Part shown: piece after piece, positions 57,982-64,000 of the stretch
How the letters are laid out: every line of letters starts with the position of its first letter
Numbering within the stretch: position 1 is the first letter of the stretch
Notes under the pieces: model-generated
Seen by the model: the letters and a program-made list of their open reading frames with translations, nothing else
Databases searched by the model: none
What the model was told of the DNA's origin: nothing
Origin: Bacteriovoracia bacterium
GTDB lineage: Bacteria; Bdellovibrionota; UBA1018; JBFWNL01
Direction of reading: 5' to 3'
DNA: 64,000 nt
NCBI GenBank assembly: GCA_050251055.1
Contig: JBFWNL010000001.1
Span: forward strand, 331,825 to 395,824
Program-made: the position numbers and the translations under genes

Positions 57982-59880
57982 ATGAGAAATTCCTTCCGTT
58001 TTCTGGTCCATGGTTTGGCGCTCGCGACCACTTTCGGAGCGGGTCTCCCGGCGCTCGGGGCCACGGAGTTCCCCTCGCTCGCCACGAAGGTGGCGCAAGC
58101 CGAGATCACCAAACAAGTCCAGACTGCCCTTAAAAAGAGCGGACTTTCCCCCGCCGATCAAGGCGCGTGGACCCCGCGGCTCGTGGCCTACTTGAGCTTT
58201 CTAGGCGTGCCGAAAGCCGCCACCGCCGAGGTGCTGGGGCGTCTGATGAACTCCTCCACCCGATTCCTGCAATGCGAAGACCTCGAGGATTGGGGCTGCC
58301 TGGAAGGTGAACTCGAAATCAAGCCGAAGTACGCCTGGCGCCAAGACACCCAGAGTGGACTGGGAAAACCCGTGGATGCGGGCGCGCGGCTAGAGCTCGA
58401 GAGTTTCTTTACCGCGCGCTTCACTGACGGCCAACGGCCCGCCCGCCTGGCGAAGACGCTCGCGGATAAAATCCGCACCCTCGGAAAGCGCCGGGTACTC
58501 GGCGCTCTCTATGGGATCGACGATATTCAAGGCAGCATGAAGCCGGTTTACGACGCCATCGAAGCCTCCGTGAAAAATGGCACGGACGTGCGCATGGTCT
58601 TGGACTACTCCGAAGATGGCGGCAGCAACTCCTTCATGCGACTCTACGATGCCGATGTGAAGGGCGGCAGAGTGCAGCTCGCTCCCGCCAAGAGCATCGT
58701 CTTCTCGTACGTGGCCCCGCCGGAGAATCGGCGGGACGACTGGGTGTTTGGCCGCCCGGCGTGGATGGACGAACTGATCGCCTTAGGCGAAAACAACAAG
58801 ACTGCGCCCGATGTGGACGCCCCCGAAAACTTCAAGCACGAGATTGCGGACGCCCGGTGGTTTCTCAACTACCGCCGGCTGCCCTCCGATTCCAAGCTTG
58901 CGGCGAAGCTCGCCACCCGCGTGGCGTATCAATACGAGGGAAATAGCGAGCTGATCCGGCTACTCAACGCTGGCATCCGCCGCGAAGAAGACGCCCGGGC
59001 CCGCCTGGAGTGGCCAGCGGCCAAGATCATGCACAATAAATTCCTGGTCCTGGATTCCGGCGACGGCCCCCGCTCAGTTTGGACGGGCACGACCAACATC
59101 GCGAAGACCTGCATGGGCGAAGAATCCAACGCGAACATGGCGGTGCTGATCCGCAACGAAGCCGTCGCGGAGGCTTTCGCGCAAGAATTCAACGAAATGT
59201 ACGCGTTCGATCCGGAGGTAAAAACCAACTTCGACGACATTCTCGTGGATGGCAAGGGAGGGCGCGACTTCAACGTCGGACGTTTCCACACCCAGAAGCG
59301 GCCGAACACGGCGCGCTACTTCACGTTCCGCGATGGCACCGAAGCCCGCGTACATTTCTCGCCGACGGATGACGGCGAGCACCGGGCCATCCTGCCCCTA
59401 CTTTTGTCGGCGCGCGCCGGAGACCATATCCGCGTGGCCATGTTCGGCGATGGTGGCATCGAGTACGTGCGCGCGTTCCAGTACGCGGCCGCCAAGGGCG
59501 CGCGGGTGCAGATTTTGCTCGACGCCATGACGGGCGTGCTCGCGGGCTCCTGGGTAAATAACCCGCTGGCCAAGATTCAAGGATCAAACCCTTACCAAAG
59601 TCTCGTCAAGGGCGGGGCGGGCGGCAGCATCGAGGTGCTGCGCGACGACTGGAGCGGGATGAACCATCATAAAACGGCCACCCTCACCCGCAAGCAACGC
59701 GGTAAGGAAATCGCCGAAGTCCTAGTGGTCGGTTCCCAGAATTGGTCCGCCGGCGGCAATGACGATAACGACGAGAACATGATCACGGTGCGAAATCGCA
59801 AGGGCTTACCCGCCGCGGAGGCATTTAATCAGCACTTCGACACTGAGCTGTGGACCGCGGCCAAGCCCCTCGCCAAATAA
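57982..59880 (+). CDS. Secreted phospholipase D / PLD-nuclease superfamily protein
   Basis: Signal peptide; MHNKFLVLD..WTGTTN and NHHKTA..VGSQNWS..NDEN. Confidence 0.85.
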   Translation: MRNSFRFLVHGLALATTFGAGLPALGATEFPSLATKVAQAEITKQVQTALKKSGLSPADQGAWTPRLVAYLSFLGVPKAATAEVLGRLMNSSTRFLQCEDLEDWGCLEGELEIKPKYAWRQDTQSGLGKPVDAGARLELESFFTARFTDGQRPARLAKTLADKIRTLGKRRVLGALYGIDDIQGSMKPVYDAIEASVKNGTDVRMVLDYSEDGGSNSFMRLYDADVKGGRVQLAPAKSIVFSYVAPPENRRDDWVFGRPAWMDELIALGENNKTAPDVDAPENFKHEIADARWFLNYRRLPSDSKLAAKLATRVAYQYEGNSELIRLLNAGIRREEDARARLEWPAAKIMHNKFLVLDSGDGPRSVWTGTTNIAKTCMGEESNANMAVLIRNEAVAEAFAQEFNEMYAFDPEVKTNFDDILVDGKGGRDFNVGRFHTQKRPNTARYFTFRDGTEARVHFSPTDDGEHRAILPLLLSARAGDHIRVAMFGDGGIEYVRAFQYAAAKGARVQILLDAMTGVLAGSWVNNPLAKIQGSNPYQSLVKGGAGGSIEVLRDDWSGMNHHKTATLTRKQRGKEIAEVLVVGSQNWSAGGNDDNDENMITVRNRKGLPAAEAFNQHFDTELWTAAKPLAK

Positions 59881-59888
59881 GAATCCCC

Positions 59889-60557
59889 ATGAACGACGGG
59901 TATCTCGCTAGGGTATGGCGCCCCCTTTTCTTCATCCGGCTTGGGTTGCTCACGCTGCTACTGTCGGCCGGGATCGCGGGGGCCAAACCGCTTTCCGATT
60001 CCGTCAGCACGGGGATCACGGTCTCCGCGAAGCCGGGCATGCTCGAGATCACCGGCCAGCAAAATCTCTACCCCCGCTTCGGGCTCCTCGTGGGTTTTCA
60101 GCGCATGGCCTATGGCCCGGACCCGTACGCGGGCTGGGAGTTTGGGGGAAATGTACTGTTGTTTCGTGCGCTGGGAGAATGGTGGCAGGCCAACGGAGTA
60201 CTAGGCGCCGGCTTTGCCGGGATGTCGGGACCCGATCACGGACATTCGGCGCTTTGGACGCGTCTGGATCTAGACTGGGAAACTCGGAGGGTGCTCGTCG
60301 CCTGGGAGGGGTACTTACAGCGTGGAAACCGCATGCCTAACGTGGATGCGAGCCAGGCCCGTTTAGGGTATGCTTTCACCGCCGCCGAAATGACCGGGGT
60401 CCAGCCCTGGCTGATCGCCGGTCATTATAGTCGTTCGGGAGTGGAGGGCTTTCCAGTTTTTGGCGCCATGCGGTTCATGACCGCCGAGTGGTGGCTGGAG
60501 GCAGGGGCATCACTCCGAGGCGATTGGATCTTCTTAGGAGCTTCGATATCGTTATGA
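59889..60557 (+). CDS. Secreted beta-barrel-like hypothetical protein
   Basis: Signal peptide, alternating aromatic strands, LDWETRR. Confidence 0.65.
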   Translation: MNDGYLARVWRPLFFIRLGLLTLLLSAGIAGAKPLSDSVSTGITVSAKPGMLEITGQQNLYPRFGLLVGFQRMAYGPDPYAGWEFGGNVLLFRALGEWWQANGVLGAGFAGMSGPDHGHSALWTRLDLDWETRRVLVAWEGYLQRGNRMPNVDASQARLGYAFTAAEMTGVQPWLIAGHYSRSGVEGFPVFGAMRFMTAEWWLEAGASLRGDWIFLGASISL

Positions 60558-60916
60558 AAAAAAATCTCGCTCTTTGCTTGCTCGGCTTAACTTTGCTTTC
60601 CCTTCCGATCAGTGGAGAAGCTTCGCCGACCCCGAAGGCGGTCGCGCCGGCGGCCGAGTCGGCACCGGGATCCCTAACCGTCGAGCTCGACGGCCTGGTT
60701 TGCTCGTTTTGCGCGCAGGGACTGAGCAAGATCCTAAAGAAGCAGGCCGAGCTAGCAAAGTTCGATATCCAGCTCTCGGCGGGCAAGCTCGTGCTCTGGC
60801 CAAAAAATCCGGCTAAACCTCCGGAGTCCGCCGCCATTCACCAGTGGGTGGAAAAGGCTGGCTTGAAAGTCCGAAGTATCGGTTCGCTGAGTGGCTCGGG
60901 CACCACCTCGCAGTAG
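60554..60916 (+). CDS. Exported heavy-metal-associated (HMA) domain protein
   Basis: Signal peptide; GLVCSFCAQG; VEKAG; ATGA overlap. Confidence 0.8.
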   Translation: MKKNLALCLLGLTLLSLPISGEASPTPKAVAPAAESAPGSLTVELDGLVCSFCAQGLSKILKKQAELAKFDIQLSAGKLVLWPKNPAKPPESAAIHQWVEKAGLKVRSIGSLSGSGTTSQ

Positions 60917-60926
60917 ACCGGCCTAG

Positions 60927-61802
60927 CTACGCCACGGCCACCACCGACGGATTTTCCGCCAGCTGAGAAAGCGGAAAGAGCTGGAAGCAGACCTGGTAAA
61001 CCCGGCCCGCTTCTCCACTTTTACGCGCGCCCATGTCCAGCGCCTGGTGCTTCACCGTACGTAGTAATTCGCGCAATGCTTTCACCTGCTCGTCCGTGAG
61101 ATACAGCGTCGCGCCCGAAACTTCACGCTCGCGCTTCGGCACGCGCGAGATGGACTCGCCGGCCAGCCGGATCATCTGACGATGGAATCCCGCGAGCAGC
61201 ACCGACGTGACGTCGTCGCCCGCCGAGATCACCGCCTCGATTTGCTCGAGGCGGCCCGTCTCCGGATTTCGTCGGATCATCTCAAGCTGCATGAGGTGCT
61301 GCAGCGCTTGTTCGGCTTCGGCCGGAGAAATGCGGGGCACGAGCTGATTGGCGATCCAACCCGGATCCTCCTGGAAACCGGCGGAACCAATGAGCTCGCG
61401 GATGACGGCATAATACCAGCGCGAATAGTAATTGATCTGGGTGTCCTTCACCACGTAGATGCCGTTCACGTCGGCCTGCTGGATCAGGCTCTTGGCGAAT
61501 TTCTCGCGCTGGTCGAGCGTCTTTGCCTGATTGAGATGAACGAGATCACGGAAAAAATTTTTTTCCTTCTGATTGAGCTGCAGCGCCTTGAGCACGCCGG
61601 CCAGGCTGTCGGCCGTGAGATTGCGCTCGCCATCGACGACCATCTTGATGAAGCTTGCCGATTTAAAACCACCCAAGCGCGCCATCGAGCGCAGCGAGAA
61701 GCGAGGTTTGGTCTGGCGCATATGCTCGAGGTAGTCCTTTAGAAACGCGCGGTAGTCGGTATAGTTGAAAACCAGCGGACGATTATCTTGCGTCATATTC
61801 AT
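60927..61802 (-). CDS. TIGR02147 (DUF4423) family protein with N-terminal HTH
   Basis: FNYTDYRAFL, FSLRSMARLGGFKS, GERNLT, WYYAVIREL, REVSG, VYQVCFQLFPL. Confidence 0.85.
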   Translation of the reverse strand: MNMTQDNRPLVFNYTDYRAFLKDYLEHMRQTKPRFSLRSMARLGGFKSASFIKMVVDGERNLTADSLAGVLKALQLNQKEKNFFRDLVHLNQAKTLDQREKFAKSLIQQADVNGIYVVKDTQINYYSRWYYAVIRELIGSAGFQEDPGWIANQLVPRISPAEAEQALQHLMQLEMIRRNPETGRLEQIEAVISAGDDVTSVLLAGFHRQMIRLAGESISRVPKREREVSGATLYLTDEQVKALRELLRTVKHQALDMGARKSGEAGRVYQVCFQLFPLSQLAENPSVVAVA

Positions 61803-61824
61803 GATTTTGCCCCTCTTAATATTT

Positions 61825-62388
61825 TTAGTTTAAAGCCGTGCTCGGGGCCGAGTAGACGCCCTGGCAAGCCGCTGCCACCGAAGCCTTCTGCTTGAAAATT
61901 TCGAAGAACTGCTCCAGTCCCGCGAAGGGATCCTCCGCCTTGGGGTTGTAGGTGTTGCGCACGAACGGGTGCGAGCACTTGAAATCGACCGTATAGAGCA
62001 CGGCGTTTACGCATTGGCGAGCGACCGCGTGGCTGCCCACGATCAACTCCTGGATCTCGCGGTAACCCAAATCCACTAAGCGCTCGCTATAGATAGGACT
62101 GAAGTACTGGCTCACTTTCGGATAGAGCATGATCGCAAAAAGGAAGTCTTCCATCACCAACCCGCGCCCCGCGTGGCAACGCAAGAGAAACTCGGCAAAC
62201 GGCTCGCCCAAACCGTCGTGTGCGACGGTTCCCCGCAAACCGTTCAGCGTGTGTTCTGGATTTCCGCTATCCGTGCTCGTGCGGCCGCCGCCCGACGAGG
62301 CGCTCGAGCCTCCCACCGAAACCCCGCCGCAGCCCGTAGCCGCGAGCATGATCGAACCCCAAACCATTGCCCTCAAAGTCGTCCCCAT
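61825..62388 (-). CDS. Lipoprotein with TDSGNP motif
   Basis: ATGC lipobox, Ser/Gly linker, TSTDSGNP. Confidence 0.7.
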   Translation of the reverse strand: MGTTLRAMVWGSIMLAATGCGGVSVGGSSASSGGGRTSTDSGNPEHTLNGLRGTVAHDGLGEPFAEFLLRCHAGRGLVMEDFLFAIMLYPKVSQYFSPIYSERLVDLGYREIQELIVGSHAVARQCVNAVLYTVDFKCSHPFVRNTYNPKAEDPFAGLEQFFEIFKQKASVAAACQGVYSAPSTALN

Positions 62389-62554
62389 GCTCACGATTCT
62401 AGGGATACGCGTCCCCTTTCGGCAGTTGCGTCCCCGATGACCACAAGCGGGAAAACCCGCCAAACATTCGGATTAAATAGGGAAAATGGTATACGTGAGA
62501 GGAAGTTTGTGTACACAGCTGTACACTAGGCCCGATTTTACGCGGGCTCGCGCG

Positions 62555-63376
62555 CTAGAGCTGAAGACCGACGACCCCGCCTAGGGACATCCCGCCGAGC
62601 TTGGTCTCACTCATCGAGCCAGTCACCAGCGCAAGCTCAAGCCGGATAAAAAGCGCCTCGGCACTATATTGGTGTCCGAGCGCGATACCCAGCTGGGACG
62701 CGCTGGCGCTCACGCCGCCAGCCGTGCTCGTGGCCGTAGTCGGGACCGCCGCCGTCACGTTATCCCGAGCCGCCGTCTGGGAAACGCCACTGACGGTACC
62801 GAAGGTGTAAAACGCGGCCAGGCTCGTGAGGTGGTTCTCGCTAATTCGGTAGCCCCCGAGCACCGCAAAGTTCCCCGCGATGATCCGGGTCGAATTGTCC
62901 CCCTCCCGGCCCAGCATGAGGCCGGGGGCGACGAGAACAGCCGCAGAAATGTTGCCCTCCTTGGCCAGTGATTCGGGCTCACCCGCAAACTGATACTTCA
63001 TGCGGATAAACATCGGCGCCGAAGGAGAAAAGCGCACGCCCAGATCCATCTCGTGCATCACCTTGGCGACGAAGCCCACGAACGGCGTAAATCCGCGTTG
63101 GGCATGGTACTCGGCGGTCGCCCCCGCCTCTTCATCCGCCGGTAAATACCCCGGCTCATCGATGAGGTTCGTACTGGTCGACAGGCCCGCGAGTTCTAGG
63201 CGGCCCACCTCGCCCTCCCCACGAACCTCCGGGGTTTCCAGTTGGTTGATAGGTAGGTAGTAGTGGGCGCAACCCGCGCCGAGAAAAAAAAACGGTACGG
63301 TCCCGGACGCGGCGAACCCACGTGCGCCCATTCCCATCATGCGAAACAAACTCGCGAACACTTTCCCATTTTCCAC
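62555..63376 (-). CDS. Hypothetical lipoprotein / beta-barrel-like protein
   Basis: GAGC lipobox, amphipathic strands ending VVGLQL; start uncertain. Confidence 0.6.
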   Translation of the reverse strand: MENGKVFASLFRMMGMGARGFAASGTVPFFFLGAGCAHYYLPINQLETPEVRGEGEVGRLELAGLSTSTNLIDEPGYLPADEEAGATAEYHAQRGFTPFVGFVAKVMHEMDLGVRFSPSAPMFIRMKYQFAGEPESLAKEGNISAAVLVAPGLMLGREGDNSTRIIAGNFAVLGGYRISENHLTSLAAFYTFGTVSGVSQTAARDNVTAAVPTTATSTAGGVSASASQLGIALGHQYSAEALFIRLELALVTGSMSETKLGGMSLGGVVGLQL

Positions 63377-63421
63377 TTTTTGTTTTCAGTTTTCAGTTTA
63401 ATTCCGATAAGATAATTCAGG

Positions 63422-64000
63422 ATGCGAAACCGCCGCTTCGTCATAATTTTGTCGCTCATTGCCGCCGTAACCACGCTCGTCGGCTGGCGCCAGGGCTGGC
63501 ACGCCTCCCTCTTCCACCGCGCCCCGCTGGTCACGCGCGATCTGATCGCCGCGACCATCGGTACCGCCATCGATTCCAACGAGTATCCGTCGGTGGTGGA
63601 GCTTCAAGTGGGCGACGAGCTCAAGAGCGCGGCCGTGGAATATTCGCTCGATCATCACGCACAAGCCGACATGGAAAAACTTTTCAAGCAGTATCGCCCC
63701 GACTACGGCTCGGTGGTGGCGATGGACGCGACATCCGGACGCGTGCTCGCGATGGTCAATTTCGTGAAGAACGAGCGAGCCCGTGAAGAGCTGGGCAACC
63801 TCGCGCTGCGCGCGACGTTTCCTTCCGCATCCGTCTTCAAAGTCGTGACGGCGGCCGCGGCCATCGACCAAAAGCGGGCGCTTCCGGAAACGGTCATCCC
63901 CTTCAACGGCGCTTCGCACACCCTCTACCGCAAGAACGTGATTCACACGCAGATGAACCGCTGGACCCGACACATGACCCTGCGGGAAGCTTTCGCCAAG
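63422..64000 (+). CDS. Penicillin-binding transpeptidase-domain protein (runs off the window)
   Basis: Manual translation MRNRRFVIIL...VVAMDATSGRVLAM...FPSASVFKVVTAAAA contains an SxxK motif. Confidence 0.85.
   Translation, partial: MRNRRFVIILSLIAAVTTLVGWRQGWHASLFHRAPLVTRDLIAATIGTAIDSNEYPSVVELQVGDELKSAAVEYSLDHHAQADMEKLFKQYRPDYGSVVAMDATSGRVLAMVNFVKNERAREELGNLALRATFPSASVFKVVTAAAAIDQKRALPETVIPFNGASHTLYRKNVIHTQMNRWTRHMTLREAFAK

Overview
GC-rich (visually about 60%) bacterial chromosome window, mostly housekeeping and envelope genes. A TIGR02147-like gene and many orphan secreted or lipoproteins suggest Bdellovibrionota/Oligoflexia or a related deltaproteobacterial lineage (inference). Recognisable content: ggt, an RRM protein, slyD, trhO, a lemA-TPM-TPM operon, prc, yadGH, gshB, oppABCDF, pstSCAB-phoU-phoB-phoR, a sigma54 NtrC-type two-component system, greB, a Fe3+-type ABC transporter, two M3 peptidases, dedA, a ferredoxin, a MetRS-like protein, dinB, a PLD-family protein, tRNA-Gln(CTG) and a partial PBP. 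No CRISPR array, integrase, transposase or prophage was seen. Most notable: (1) a dispersed, covarying RNA-like element in three copies carrying CsrA/Rsm-type GGA hairpins, two of which flank a separate highly structured ~150-nt RNA candidate between oppF and phoR; (2) a MetRS homologue whose methionine-pocket and CAU-anticodon residues are all substituted; (3) a DedA fused through an internal signal peptide to a beta-barrel-like domain; (4) an apparent CTG start for pstC. All calls come from reading motifs by eye; no searches or folding programs were run.
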